In this document: piece by piece, positions 46,650 through 57,483 of the stretch
How the letters are laid out: every line of letters starts with the position of its first letter
Numbering within the stretch: the stretch's first letter is position 1
NCBI GenBank assembly: GCA_022826245.1
Contig: JAJDVG010000046.1
Span: 5,523 to 69,522 of the forward strand
Direction: 5' to 3'
Source: Gammaproteobacteria bacterium
GTDB taxonomy: Bacteria; Pseudomonadota; Gammaproteobacteria; Steroidobacterales; Rariloculaceae
Length of the DNA stretch: 64,000 bases
Program-made: the position numbers and the translations under genes
The notes under the pieces: generated by a model
What the model saw: the letters and a program-made list of their open reading frames with translations, nothing else
Database searches by the model: none
What the model was told of the DNA's origin: nothing

Positions 46650-47555
46650 ATGTCCGTGTTGCGCTACTCCTGCATTCCATGCGCTCTTCTGATCGTTGCC
46701 GCGCCGGTGGCGGCACAGAACCCGTTCGAAGCCCAGATCGCAGCGACCGAAGTCACATCGGAACAACTCGGCGACGGTTTGCACGCGTTGTTCGGTGTCG
46801 GCGGCGCGGTTGCCGCGTCGATCGGCGAGCAGGGCGTGCTGATCGTTGACGATCAGTTTCCCGGCATGGTTCCGAAGATCCAGGCGCGGATTCGTGAGCT
46901 CGGCGGCGGCGATGTCGATTTCGCGATCAATACCCACTGGCACTTCGACCACGCCGACGGCAACCTGGTCCTCGGGCCGGAAGGCACCTGGCTCGTGTCG
47001 CAGGAGAATTCCCGCGACATGCTCACGCGCGACAATGTCATCAACCTTGTAACGCAGACCATCGATCAACCGGCATATCCGGCGGCCGCCTTGCCCTCGA
47101 TCACGTTCGAGCGGCACATGCGGTTTCATTTCAACGGCGAGCCGATCGATCTGCTGCACTTCGGGCCGGCGCACACCGACGGCGATACGGCGGTCGTCTT
47201 TCGGAACCACAACGTCGTGCACATGGGGGACGTGTTCAACAACGCGGGCTATCCGTTCGTCGATGCCGACAGCGGCGGCAGTCTCGCCGGCATGATCGCC
47301 TTCTGCCAGGGCGTGCTCGATGCGACCGACGCGGACACGGTCGTCCTGCCCGGCCATGGGCCGATCGCCGACCGGCAGGCGCTACAGGACTACGTCGACA
47401 TGCTGAGCACGATCCACGATCGCATTGAGGCGATGATTTCAGACGGAGCGTCGCTCGAGCAGGTCGTAGCGGCCGGGCTTACGGCGGAGTGGGACGAGCA
47501 GATGGGCGATCCGGCGAACTTCCTGAACCGTTCCTACACGAGCATGACGCGGTAG
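46650..47555 (+). CDS. secreted MBL-fold metallo-hydrolase
   Basis: Trimmed to MSVLRYSCIPCALLIVAAPVAA (signal peptide). NTHWHFDHADGN (HxHxDH) and the later HTDGD. Confidence 0.8.
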   Translation: MSVLRYSCIPCALLIVAAPVAAQNPFEAQIAATEVTSEQLGDGLHALFGVGGAVAASIGEQGVLIVDDQFPGMVPKIQARIRELGGGDVDFAINTHWHFDHADGNLVLGPEGTWLVSQENSRDMLTRDNVINLVTQTIDQPAYPAAALPSITFERHMRFHFNGEPIDLLHFGPAHTDGDTAVVFRNHNVVHMGDVFNNAGYPFVDADSGGSLAGMIAFCQGVLDATDADTVVLPGHGPIADRQALQDYVDMLSTIHDRIEAMISDGASLEQVVAAGLTAEWDEQMGDPANFLNRSYTSMTR

Positions 47556-47758
47556 CGTCCTGCGCGCATAGGCAAATAAGTAACGAAATTCTGCGACAAA
47601 AGCAGAATGTACGATCCAAGTCATCGGCGTTTACTTGATTCTCGCTTGAATCGCACGTTCGGCAAGCGGCGTCGTTGAACACCCGCTTTCGTGTCATTCC
47701 CCGGGCGCGGGCTCCCGGTGACTGGCGCCAGTAGCATCGGCCACTGCGCCGCGCCTGC

Positions 47759-49123
47759 TCACGAGGCCGATTTTGCGCGTGCGGGGAGTTCGACCGGCTC
47801 CCCGCGGCCGACCCCGAAGTAACGAATCCCTCGGCGTTCGAGTTCACCGGGATCGTAGATATTGCGGCCGTCGAAAATGACGGGATCGCGCAGCTTCGCC
47901 TTGATGAGGTCGAAGTCCGGACTGTTGAACTCGCGCCATTCCGTCACGATCGCGAGCGCGTCGGCGCCGTCGAGCGCCTGCTCGGCGCGTTCGCAGAGCT
48001 GCAGCTCCGCGCGGTCCGGATACAGCCGCCGGGCCTCGTCCATCGCGACCGGATCGTAGGCGCGCACCGTGGCGCCCGCGGCCCAGAGCGCTTCCATCAG
48101 CACGCGGCTCGACGCTTCGCGCATGTCGTCGGTATTCGGCTTGAACGCGAGCCCCCACAGCGCGATCGTCCGGCCGCGCAGATCGCCGCCGAAGTAGTGG
48201 TTGATCTTCTCGAACAGCAGGCGCTTCTGACGGTCATTGACCCGCGCGACGGCCGACAGCAGCTCGAGCGGATAGCCCTGGGTGCTTGCCGATGCCGTGA
48301 GCGCCCTGATGTCCTTCGGAAAACAGGACCCCCCGAAGCCTGCGCCGGGATAGATGAACGCGTGGCCGATGCGCGGATCCGAACCGATGCCGACCCGAAC
48401 CTGCTCGATGTCCGCGCCAACCAGTTCCGCGAGGTTGGCCATTTCGTTCATGAAGCTGATTTTCGTCGCCAGCATCGCGTTGGCGGCGTATTTCGTGAGC
48501 TCGGCGGATCGAATGTCCATGACCAGCATGCGGTCGTGGTTTCTGTTGAACGGCTGGTAAAGCGCGCGCAACAGTTCGGCCGTGCGGGGGTTGTCCGTGC
48601 CGACGATGATTCTGGCCGGCTTCATGAAATCCTCGACCGCGGCGCCTTCCTTCAGGAATTCGGGATTGGACACGACGTCGAACTCGCACGCGAGGTTCCG
48701 CCGTTCGAGCGCCGCTTCGATTTCGCTACGCACGCGATCCGCCGTGCCGACCGGGACGGTCGACTTGTGTACGACGATGCGGTATTCCTCGATGTGCTCG
48801 CCGATCGAAGCTGCGACCGACAGCACGTGCCTGAGATCGGCCGAGCCGTCTTCGTCAGGCGGCGTGCCGACGGCTATGAACAGGAACAGGCCGTGCGCGA
48901 CGCCCGCGCCAACGTCCGTGCTGAACCGCAGCCTTCCGGCGTCCGCCGCCGTGCGAACGAGCGTCTCGAGTCCGGGCTCGTAGATCGGGATTTCGCCGCG
49001 GTTGAGGCGAGCGATCCGGTCGTCGTCCACGTCGATGCACAGAACGTGGTTGCCCGCGTCCGCAAGACAGGCGCCTGTGACGAGACCGACGTAACCTGCG
49101 CCGAAAATGGTGACGTGATGCAT
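47759..49123 (-). CDS. ugd: UDP-glucose 6-dehydrogenase
   Basis: [16 protein letters not shown]...; [10 protein letters not shown] catalytic Cys block. 454 aa. Confidence 0.9.
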   Translation of the reverse strand: MHHVTIFGAGYVGLVTGACLADAGNHVLCIDVDDDRIARLNRGEIPIYEPGLETLVRTAADAGRLRFSTDVGAGVAHGLFLFIAVGTPPDEDGSADLRHVLSVAASIGEHIEEYRIVVHKSTVPVGTADRVRSEIEAALERRNLACEFDVVSNPEFLKEGAAVEDFMKPARIIVGTDNPRTAELLRALYQPFNRNHDRMLVMDIRSAELTKYAANAMLATKISFMNEMANLAELVGADIEQVRVGIGSDPRIGHAFIYPGAGFGGSCFPKDIRALTASASTQGYPLELLSAVARVNDRQKRLLFEKINHYFGGDLRGRTIALWGLAFKPNTDDMREASSRVLMEALWAAGATVRAYDPVAMDEARRLYPDRAELQLCERAEQALDGADALAIVTEWREFNSPDFDLIKAKLRDPVIFDGRNIYDPGELERRGIRYFGVGRGEPVELPARAKSAS

Positions 49124-49261
49124 GCGTGGCCTGGATTGGGTGAGACAGGCGCAAGCGTACTACCAACCGCGGCGAATGCGAACTGGATGACCTGACCGGG
49201 CGATTCGGCGGCCAGCTTGCGCGCGCGGTGCAAGCTGCGCAAAATGAGCCACTTCCGGGAC

Positions 49262-49336
49262 GGGCGATTAGCTCAGCGGGAGAGCGCTGCCTTCACACGG
49301 CAGAGGTCACTGGTTCAATCCCAGTATCGCCCACCA
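49262..49336 (+). tRNA. tRNA-Val (anticodon CAC)
   Basis: Hand-folded cloverleaf. Acceptor GGGCGAU/AUCGCCC, anticodon stem CUGCC/GGCAG with loop UUCACAC, T-arm ACUGG-UUCAAUC-CCAGU, encoded CCA. Confidence 0.85.
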
Positions 49337-49355
49337 CCAATTCAACCGTCTCGTC

Positions 49356-50774
49356 ATGACTGTCCGCACGCGCTTCGCGCCGAGCCCGACCGGCCACCTG
49401 CACATCGGCAGCGTTCGCACGGCGCTGTACGCCTGGTTGTTCGCCCGCCACCACGGTGGCGACTACGTGCTCAGGATCGAGGACACGGATCGGGCGCGTT
49501 CCACCCAGGAAGCCATCGACGCCATCCTCGACGGTCTGGACTGGCTCGGAATCGGCGCCGACGAAACCCCGGTCTACCAGACGCGGCGGTTCGACCGTTA
49601 CGCCGAAGTCCTGCAGCAGATGCTCGACCAGGGCCTTGCCTACCGCTGCTACTGCAGCCGCGAGGAGATCGAGGCGATGCGCGCCGAGGCGCAATCGAAA
49701 GGTCTCAAGCCCCGCTACGACGGCCGTTGCCGCGACGGCTCCGGCGTGCGCGGCGACGTCGCGCCCGTGGTTCGATTCAGGAATCCGCTTGCCGGGACAA
49801 TCGTCGTCGACGACCTCGTCAAGGGCCAGGTCACGTTCGACAATGCCGAACTCGACGACCTGATCATCGCCCGTTCGGACGGCACGCCGACCTACAACTT
49901 CACCGTCGTCGTCGACGATTCGGACATGGTCATCAGCCATGTCATCCGGGGCGATGACCACCTCAACAACACGCCGCGCCAGGTCAACCTGTTTCGCGCG
50001 CTCGGAGCCGAACCGCCGGCCTTCGCGCATCTGCCGATGATCCATGGATCCGACGACACGAAACTATCGAAACGCCACGGCGCCATCGACGTTCTCGAGT
50101 ACCGGAAGATGGGTTACCTGCCGGAGGCGTTGCTCAATTACCTGTTGAGGCTCGGCTGGTCGCACGGCGATCGGGAAATATTCACGCTCGACGAGATGGT
50201 GGATCTGTTCGGGCTCAAGGCAGTGAGCCGGTCGGCGGCGCGTTTCGATCCGCCGAAGCTGCTCTGGGTCAACCACCAGCACATTCAGTCGGCGGACGCC
50301 GGCCGCCTGGCTGAGCTGCTCGCGGATCAGCTACGGGCGCGGGGCGTCGACCCTCACGCCGGGCCACCGCTGGCCGTCGCGGTCGAGGCGCTGCGGGAAC
50401 GTAGCCAGACTGTGAAAGAGATGGCCGAGCGTGCCCACTGCTATTACGCGGACTACGATGAGTTCGACGCGAAGTCCGCGAAGGCGCATCTGCGCCCGGT
50501 CGCGCGGTCCGCGCTGACCGCCGTTCAGGACGAGCTTGCGACGCTCGAGGACTGGACCGAGGAGTCGACGCAGGCGGCCGTCGAAGCCGCTGCTGGCCGT
50601 CTCGACCTCAAGCTCGGCAAGGTCGCCCAGCCGCTGCGCGTGGCATTGACGGGCCAGGCCGCTTCGCCCGGCATCGGCACGACGCTCGTGCTCGTCGGCC
50701 GGGAACGCACGCGGCACAGGATCGACCGGGCGCTTGCGTTTATCGATGCGCGTGCCGCTGCCGCTCAAACATAA
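49356..50774 (+). CDS. gltX: glutamate--tRNA ligase
   Basis: MTVRTRFAPSPTGHLHIGSVRTALY (HIGH motif) and KLSKRHG (KMSKS variant). Confidence 0.95.
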   Translation: MTVRTRFAPSPTGHLHIGSVRTALYAWLFARHHGGDYVLRIEDTDRARSTQEAIDAILDGLDWLGIGADETPVYQTRRFDRYAEVLQQMLDQGLAYRCYCSREEIEAMRAEAQSKGLKPRYDGRCRDGSGVRGDVAPVVRFRNPLAGTIVVDDLVKGQVTFDNAELDDLIIARSDGTPTYNFTVVVDDSDMVISHVIRGDDHLNNTPRQVNLFRALGAEPPAFAHLPMIHGSDDTKLSKRHGAIDVLEYRKMGYLPEALLNYLLRLGWSHGDREIFTLDEMVDLFGLKAVSRSAARFDPPKLLWVNHQHIQSADAGRLAELLADQLRARGVDPHAGPPLAVAVEALRERSQTVKEMAERAHCYYADYDEFDAKSAKAHLRPVARSALTAVQDELATLEDWTEESTQAAVEAAAGRLDLKLGKVAQPLRVALTGQAASPGIGTTLVLVGRERTRHRIDRALAFIDARAAAAQT

Positions 50775-50919
50775 AAAAAGAGGCAATGCCCCGCCTGTTG
50801 TCTCCACGTATCGCTACGCAGAATTGCATACGGGGCCGAGCCTCCAATTCCAATGTATGTACGAGGGCGCGTGACGTCAACTCTCTCTTTCGTCCATTGC
50901 TCGACGCCCCGCGCCAGTC

Positions 50920-50947
50920 TTGACCGATTCCGCCGCGGTGCTAGACT
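50920..50947 (+). promoter_or_regulatory. candidate sigma70 promoter for tRNA-Ala/tRNA-Glu
   Basis: TTGACC (50920-50925), a 16-nt spacer, then TAGACT (50942-50947), about 20 nt upstream of the tRNA-Ala 5' end. Confidence 0.35.
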
Positions 50948-50966
50948 GCACTGCTCAATCGAACGG

Positions 50967-51042
<76 letters not shown>

Positions 51043-51058
51043 CTTTCTACCAACGGAC

Positions 51059-51134
51059 GTCCCCATCGTCTAGAGGCCTAGGACACCGCCCTTTCACGGC
51101 GGCAACCGGGGTTCGAATCCCCGTGGGGACGCCA
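51059..51134 (+). tRNA. tRNA-Glu (anticodon UUC)
   Basis: GUCCCCAUCGUCUAGAGGCCUAGGAC... Anticodon stem CCGCC/GGCGG with loop CUUUCAC. Encoded CCA. Confidence 0.9.
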
Positions 51135-51273
51135 TCTTGACCCGGTCCATTCCGAAGACATGGTTTACAGATTGTTCCGAATGGGTCCGGGGCGGGGGAG
51201 CAGCTGGCGACGAGTCAAGTCAAGGAACCAGCAGCCCTGACCCGTGAATACGAACGATCATCCCGTACGACAA

Positions 51274-52576
51274 TCATTCACACGTCAGTTTCATGCTCAT
51301 GCGGCTTCGGGTGACGCGACAGTAGCCGCATTCGATCGGCATTGGTGCCTGATGGCGGCTTGGCTGCTCTAACGAGAGCACGCACAGGCGCTCGACCATG
51401 GCGCGCTCCTTTTGCGCGCGTGCCTCGGAGTAGCAGTTCAGGCGGACTTCTCCGCTGTCCTCGCAGACCTGCCGGTCCAGATGCAGCGTCTGCCCCGAGG
51501 CCGTGTCGTTGGCCTCGGCGGCGTCGGCGTCGAACTCCCGCTGGCGCTTGCGGCTGACGACCAGATAACGGTAGCCGGACTCCCGCAGCCAGGCGATCTG
51601 CGCCTCGGTGGCGAGGCCCCGGTCCATGACCACGAGCGCATCGGCCGGTGCGCCCAGACCGTCCAGCATGCCTTGCAGCATGGTGTGCTCGCGCACGTTG
51701 CCGGCGAACATCCGCGAGCGGCTCACGAAGCCCGAGCCGTCCAGCACCAGACCCAGCGTGAGGCAGGGGACGGTCGTCGCGCTGCTCCCTGGAATGCCCG
51801 TGTCGCGCCAGCGGCTGTTTTGCGGCATCGCCCTCGAAGTAGGTGTTGGTCAGATCGAACAGCGTCACCGTGGCCGACAGGCCGAACAGGTCCATGGCGG
51901 GCTCGTGCAGCCGCGCCTCGATGGCGTGGCGGTGTTTTACCAAGGCGTCGGAGGCCCGGTACAACTGCATCGCCCCCATGGCTTCGTTTTCCACGCCCAG
52001 CAGTTCGCCCAGACCGCTGTCGCGGCCCAGCCAGCGGTGGGTCTCGCGCTCGCTGGCCGGATGCGCCATGCGGCCGACGATCAAGCCGGCCGCCGCCGCC
52101 CGCAGCGCGCCGTTGACGCCCAGTTCCTCCAGCAGCGGCATCAGCCCGACCTGCTCCAGGGCCCACAGCCCCGCCTGCTCGACGCCCACGCTGCGCGGCC
52201 GCGCCAGTGCCATGGAGTCCGGATGGACCGCCACGCTGTCCGCCGGCGCATCGGCCGCCACGCCGACCCCCCGCGCCAGCAGCAAGGCTGCGATGCGTTG
52301 CGCTTCGGTCTCGACCGTCTCGGGGAGCTCGGCGATCAGCGCCTGCTGGCCGTCGAGCAGGTCCTCGATCCGGGCGCACAGCCCAAGCCAGGCCGCGGAC
52401 TCGATCTCGAAGTGGCGGCCGAGGTTCAACAGCGTGCGTTGCCGGACCTTGTCGCCGCGGCGTTCGCTGCGGACCAGTCGGCAGGTGCTGTAGCTGGAGC
52501 CGTCCGCGGCGCGGCGCGTCTGGGTGCGGCAGATAAACATGGGCATGATCGGCGCCCCCCCCCGGGGGCATGTCAA
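51274..52576 (-). pseudogene. IS1634/IS4-superfamily transposase remnant (frameshifted and 3'-truncated)
   Basis: The N-terminal ~265 aa lie in track ORF 51278..52576 (MPMFICRTQTRRAADGSSY...TNTYFEGD...GHSREQRDDRP). Homology continues in another frame in ORF 51274..51828 (CLTLGLVLDGSGFV...VVMDRGLATEAQIAWLRESGYRYLVVSRK). The frames switch near 51760-51785, and the reading frame ends early. Confidence 0.7.
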
Positions 52577-52703
52577 TACCCAAATGAACGATTATGGCAC
52601 TACATTCGCCTTCCGCGCCCCGCCAAGACCATGAATCAAGAACTCACGCACGAAAATCCCCGGAAAATCAGCGAAAAACTCCCCGTTCAGGCCTCAAAAC
52701 GGC

Positions 52704-53369
52704 TCAAGTTGGTAAATTTGGGCTAGACGGTCGAGACCGAATGCTTACGGTGAAATAGAAAAGGCCTGTGTCTTGTTGGTCGACATCAAACTTCACGCCT
52801 CGTGCTTCCAGTATTCCGGGTAGCTTACTCGAGCGACCGGTAGCGCCATTAGCTTCATATTGCACCCCAGTCACAACAGGTGGCTGATCTTCTGTGATTG
52901 GAATATCGGTAACCTTGGTTTCGCTCCTGATCGAGACGCCTTCCAGTGACTCCGCGTATTTTCGAACGATCATCTCAAAAGTTGTACGGCGGCAATTCAG
53001 CGTCCGTAGGCGAAGGTCTGACTCAGACTTTTCAACTCGATGCATGAGTTCTGGATGGACGTAATCCATGAATGTGCTCTCACCTGCACCTGCGGCGAAT
53101 AAGGCCGACATCAGTTTGGGGTGAAACTCTTCGAGGAGGACACGCAAGCGGCCCATGAAAAAGTGCGAGTGTGCCGCTTGCGGCACGCCTTTACGGGTCC
53201 AGTCCCATGAATATTCCGGAGATATAGAGTTGTCCGGTGCGGAGTCGCGTTCCAGGAGTGTAGCTTTAATGCCGTGGCGACTAAGACTCAATGCGGTCAT
53301 TAACCCACTGATTCCGGTTCCGATGATGGCAACATGCTTTATCTGATCATTCGTCGTAGTTCTGCTCAA
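52704..53369 (-). pseudogene. FAD-dependent oxidoreductase, C-terminally truncated at the IS junction
   Basis: HVAIIGTGISGLMTALSL...LLERD dinucleotide fold. Homology-like sequence ends about ...GLFYFTV. The last ~13 codons (SIRSRPSSPNLPT) run into high-GC IS-flank sequence at about 52740. Confidence 0.6.
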
Positions 53370-53404
53370 TAAAATCGGGGAAGTGAAAATGCCGATATTC
53401 GCTA

Positions 53405-54649
53405 TTAGATCGGTCGCAAACCTAACCTAAACAGTTCCGCCATTTCACGAGGAGCCCTGGCCCGGTCATCTTCGTCGAATGCATCAAACCACTGTGGCAG
53501 CCATTCAACCAGACCAGGCAGACACTCGAGCACAGCTCGCGCGTTACTCTCGCGGATGCTTTTTTCAGCAATACCCTGGTTGTAAGACGCCTGGTAAATT
53601 TCGGACAAGGATTTCACACTGGCGTTCAACTCTTCCTGCTCTTCAGGAGGTCGAGCCTCTAGTCCAGTGAACGGGCGAAATGGGGCGATATCTTCACGGA
53701 GGCTCGCTTCGGCCAGGACGTGAGCGCTGGCGGAAATTGCATCGACCCGAGGACCTTCATAGGCCTCCATGCGTTTGCCGATGTCCAGATAAATGCGAAT
53801 AGCGCGTCGGAAACACTCGGTCATCAGGGTTTGCTTGTCTCCTACATTGTTGTAAATGACTTTCTTTGTAACTCCCAGACGCTCGGCAATCTCCTCCAGA
53901 GAAGTTGCCTCCGGTCCTTTCAGGTTAAACAGCCATGACGCGGCGGCGAGTATGGCCTCTTTGCGCGCTTCGCCCAACGCCACCGGATCGAATACGCGCA
54001 CGGCCGGCAGTGCCAACGGTGAGAGGGAGAAAGGTGGATAGCTGACGGGTGCGCTCCGATCGGCCGCGATGCCCTCAAGGATGGTGCTTCTCAGTTCTTC
54101 GAAGACCTCGCGGTCTGATAACCGAATCAACCGATCCCAGCGATGCACCGATGGCGGAACCCATGAAATAAGCCCGATAATTGCTGCGGCTACGAGTTCC
54201 GAATGGCAGGGCCTGACTTCACGTCGCTGAATGCCATTATCCAGGAGTTCAGCCAGACTGGAGCGCAGCGCTTCGTATAAGCCGAGAATCGTATTCCGCT
54301 GGTCCTGTCGCAGAAATGCCGGCTCACTCAGCGAAGCAAACTCCGGTTCGTCCGCACTGAGCATCAGCGTAACGAACAGATCGACTTGCTCTGGCGCTGA
54401 AGATAACTGGTGACGGGCTTCGCTGAGGCGACGAGCCATCTGCTCACACGAGCGGACATAGCACTGGAATACGAGGTCCTGCTGATCCTCAAAGTAATAG
54501 TAGAGCGCGGCGCGAGAGACGCCGACTCGTTCGGAGATTTCGGACAGTGAGGCGTGGGAAATTCCGCGACGATTCAGAGCCCTGGTGGCCTCGTCCATGA
54601 CCTGCATACGTTTCGCCCGCCGGCGACTGCCGGTTTTCTGTGCGCTCAT
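53405..54649 (-). CDS. tandem-domain TetR-family transcriptional regulator (two HTH + two ligand domains)
   Basis: Two TetR HTH blocks: GISHASLSEISERVGVSRAALYYYFEDQ near the N-terminus and ATSLEEIAERLGVTKKVIYNNVGDKQ at about residue 245. Confidence 0.8.
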   Translation of the reverse strand: MSAQKTGSRRRAKRMQVMDEATRALNRRGISHASLSEISERVGVSRAALYYYFEDQQDLVFQCYVRSCEQMARRLSEARHQLSSAPEQVDLFVTLMLSADEPEFASLSEPAFLRQDQRNTILGLYEALRSSLAELLDNGIQRREVRPCHSELVAAAIIGLISWVPPSVHRWDRLIRLSDREVFEELRSTILEGIAADRSAPVSYPPFSLSPLALPAVRVFDPVALGEARKEAILAAASWLFNLKGPEATSLEEIAERLGVTKKVIYNNVGDKQTLMTECFRRAIRIYLDIGKRMEAYEGPRVDAISASAHVLAEASLREDIAPFRPFTGLEARPPEEQEELNASVKSLSEIYQASYNQGIAEKSIRESNARAVLECLPGLVEWLPQWFDAFDEDDRARAPREMAELFRLGLRPI

Positions 54650-54714
54650 ATCCGGACAATTCCCTCAAATGGCCGCCTGACACGCCGAAAAGCGTACTCA
54701 GAGTGCGTTCCGGA

Positions 54715-54727
54715 GTCAAAGTTTGAC
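54715..54727. promoter_or_regulatory. candidate TetR operator palindrome GTCAAAGTTTGAC
   Basis: A perfect 13-bp palindrome in the divergent TetR/TBDR intergenic region. The GTCAAA half-site recurs at 54764-54769. A second inverted pair is CTATTCGCA / TGCGAATAG at about 54777 and 54829. Confidence 0.3.
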
Positions 54728-54856
54728 AGTTTTTTATCTTACTGGTACCATTAGCACTATAAAGTCAAAATATTTTCTATTCGCAGATACTGGACTGTAG
54801 AACATCTAGCGGAATTTGCGCTCCGAATTGCGAATAGCTGGATTCGTAAACTCGGA

Positions 54857-57391
54857 ATGAGTTGGGGAGGGGCAGTGATCACGAAGAAACCAAGAAATAT
54901 CCTCGCGAGACGTATCCCGTTTGCGGGATTTTTGGGTTTGATGGGGCTCGCACCGTTACCCGGTCTTGCGCAAACCGCGGGTGGGGCGCTGGAGGAAATC
55001 ATCGTGACGGCGCAGCGCCGCGCGGAAGACCTTCAGACAACGCCGATATCAGTTGCTGCCTTCGGTACTGAACGCTTGCGGGATCTAAATGCAGCCAGTC
55101 TCGGTGACATGGCTAGTTTTGTTCCTAACCTGAGCTTGGGAAATGCGACAGGCCGAGCGACGGATAAAGCGGCGATTTCAATACGTGGCATCAATGAGGC
55201 GCTTGGTTCGATTGGTACCTCTCCTGCAGTCGGTATCTATATCGATGATGTTTATTACGGCCAGCCACAGATCCAGTTTTTAAGGCTTATCGATGTGGAG
55301 CGAGTAGAGGTACTTCGTGGTCCGCAAGGTACGCTTTTTGGAAGAAACAGTCTTGGCGGGGCTATTAGATACATTACGAGAAAACCGGAATTTGATGCGG
55401 TCGACGGCTACGTTACTTCAACAATGGGCGACTTTGATCGCCTGGATGTGAGTGGCGCTGTCAACGTTCCTTTGAGTGATAATGTGGCTGTTCGCGTTAA
55501 AGCGGCAACTCTGAGCCGCGACGGTTACGTTGATCGCCTGGCCGATAATGCAAGCCTGGGTGCTGAAGATACACAGTTCGTGAGTGCGCAGTTGCGTTGG
55601 GCGCCTTCGGACCGATTGGATGTGAACCTTTCAGTTGACAGTACCGTGCGCGATACCGATACCGGTGCGATAAAGCTGATTGACTATTTCGGCTTTAATG
55701 GCGGCTTCGCACCCACCGGCGGAGACGCCAGCCCGCCCGCTTTCACTCCGGGAGCTGCGAGTTCTTTTGTATGGAACGCAGTGTGGGGCGGCACCCCAAG
55801 GGCTTATTCAGCAGAGATTCCAAACAGTCTGTATCAAACGGCCGGTACCGGTACGATGCCTAGACTGCGTTCAGAATCCACTGGCGTCACTTTGAACATT
55901 TCTTATGACATCAATGACTCACTAAACCTTAGATCCATAACCGGTTACAGATCGGTTGATGAATTCCGCATAAATGATTTTGATGATTCAGCGACCGCTG
56001 TTCATATCTTTGATGATGTGTCAGAAGAAGGCGTCGATTTCTGGTCTCAGGAGTTTCAGCTGACTGGTTCAACCGAAAGACTGAACTGGACCGCTGGCTT
56101 CTACTTTTCTCAGGAAGACCCATTTCTGCGGGGCATCGATAGCAGTGATCCACGTGGTGTTTTTGCCTTCGGACTCATAAATGCGAACGACATCGGCAAT
56201 ATGGAAATCACGCACACCGGTATCTTTGCGCAGGGCACTTATGATCTAACCGACCGCCTGGCATTAACGATAGGGATGCGCTGGGCGGAAGACGATAAGA
56301 CTTATCGTGTCCGTCAGGTTTCTACGTGGAATGCGGCATTGGCCGCGGAAGCGACCGCCTTAGGCGTAACCGCTTTTCCGGCACCGCCTTTCTTTACTCC
56401 AGGCCTTCCTTTGGCACCTCCGCCCGGTTTCGGTTGTGATGTTGTCACGCTTGGCACCTGTACCAACATTCCCGAACTGTCAGCGCAAAACGATGAGGAT
56501 TCTCTCACTAGTCGAATATCGCTCGAATATCAATGGAATGATGACGTAATGACCTATATCTCTGCGAGTGAAGGTTTCAAGACTGGTGGTCCAAACGATA
56601 CGGCCGAGGATATCAACATAGCCTTCCCTGCCGAAGAAGTAACTTCCTACGAGATAGGGATTCGTAGTGAATTGCTGGATTCACGCCTGCGCATAAATGC
56701 AACTTATTTCACGCAGGACAATACGGACAAACAAATTACTATTGCGCCAACAGCTGCTGCTGCCGGGGGTGGTTTTGTAAGCCCTTGTTTTGGTCGTTGC
56801 ATTTTTAGTGCCGGCGATGTGGAAATGTCAGGTATAGAACTTGACATGCTATTTGCGCCTACAGAGCGTCTGCAGCTACGCGCGAACCTGGGCACCATAG
56901 ATGCCGAATGGACAAGAGTCGTCCCCGGTGGGCCAGCCCGGCTGACGTCCGATTTGGCGCTTGCTCCGGAATTAAGCTGGAACATTGGTGGTTCTTACTA
57001 CGTGCCATTGGCAAGTGGTGGCAACCTGTCGTTCCTGCTGGATTACGCCTACAAAGATGATCAGGAGTCCAGTCAGCAGGATTCAACGACCCTGACGATT
57101 CCTGAATACGATTTACTAACTCTACGATTGAGGTACGAGGATCCTGACGGACGGTGGGATGCCAGTATCTTCTGCACTAATTGCGCAGATGAGGAATATA
57201 TCGTCGGTGGTAATGCATGGGCCGGTTCGACTGATAACACACCGTTTAGCTACAAGCCCGCAAGCCACCCAGCGTTTTTTGGCGGCGCAACTGCGAATGC
57301 CTTCCCCAACTTCCTCGTGGTTCCGGAGGTCACCTATGTCATCGTAGGCGCGCCACGAATGTGGGGTCTTGACTTCCGGTATAGCTTTTAA
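54857..57391 (+). CDS. TonB-dependent receptor
   Basis: Signal peptide. Plug region with the TonB-box-like EEIIVTAQRR and RVEVLRGPQGTLFGRNSLGGAIRYITRKP. C-terminal ...GLDFRYSF terminal Phe. Confidence 0.9.
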   Translation: MSWGGAVITKKPRNILARRIPFAGFLGLMGLAPLPGLAQTAGGALEEIIVTAQRRAEDLQTTPISVAAFGTERLRDLNAASLGDMASFVPNLSLGNATGRATDKAAISIRGINEALGSIGTSPAVGIYIDDVYYGQPQIQFLRLIDVERVEVLRGPQGTLFGRNSLGGAIRYITRKPEFDAVDGYVTSTMGDFDRLDVSGAVNVPLSDNVAVRVKAATLSRDGYVDRLADNASLGAEDTQFVSAQLRWAPSDRLDVNLSVDSTVRDTDTGAIKLIDYFGFNGGFAPTGGDASPPAFTPGAASSFVWNAVWGGTPRAYSAEIPNSLYQTAGTGTMPRLRSESTGVTLNISYDINDSLNLRSITGYRSVDEFRINDFDDSATAVHIFDDVSEEGVDFWSQEFQLTGSTERLNWTAGFYFSQEDPFLRGIDSSDPRGVFAFGLINANDIGNMEITHTGIFAQGTYDLTDRLALTIGMRWAEDDKTYRVRQVSTWNAALAAEATALGVTAFPAPPFFTPGLPLAPPPGFGCDVVTLGTCTNIPELSAQNDEDSLTSRISLEYQWNDDVMTYISASEGFKTGGPNDTAEDINIAFPAEEVTSYEIGIRSELLDSRLRINATYFTQDNTDKQITIAPTAAAAGGGFVSPCFGRCIFSAGDVEMSGIELDMLFAPTERLQLRANLGTIDAEWTRVVPGGPARLTSDLALAPELSWNIGGSYYVPLASGGNLSFLLDYAYKDDQESSQQDSTTLTIPEYDLLTLRLRYEDPDGRWDASIFCTNCADEEYIVGGNAWAGSTDNTPFSYKPASHPAFFGGATANAFPNFLVVPEVTYVIVGAPRMWGLDFRYSF

Positions 57392-57483
57392 CAGGCTGTT
57401 GAAAAAGTCCCGTTCAAGGTCGTTGGGCTGAGTCGAGACCGGTTAAAATTCATATTCCGTTTTGGGACCGAGGAACGAACCCG

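Noticed and set aside
51141-51195. Imperfect inverted repeat (CCCGGTCCATTC ... GAATGGGTCCGGG) just after tRNA-Glu, considered as a terminator or att site
   Set aside because: The stem is interrupted, the loop is about 25 nt, and no T-tract follows. No second copy was found in the window to support an att duplication.
52832-52846. 15-nt exact match (AGCGACCGGTAGCGC) to the palindromic element
   Set aside because: It lies inside the coding sequence of the truncated oxidoreductase (encoding GATGRS). The flanks diverge quickly and no arm or palindrome structure is present. It is treated as probable coincidence, although a genome-wide search could revisit this.
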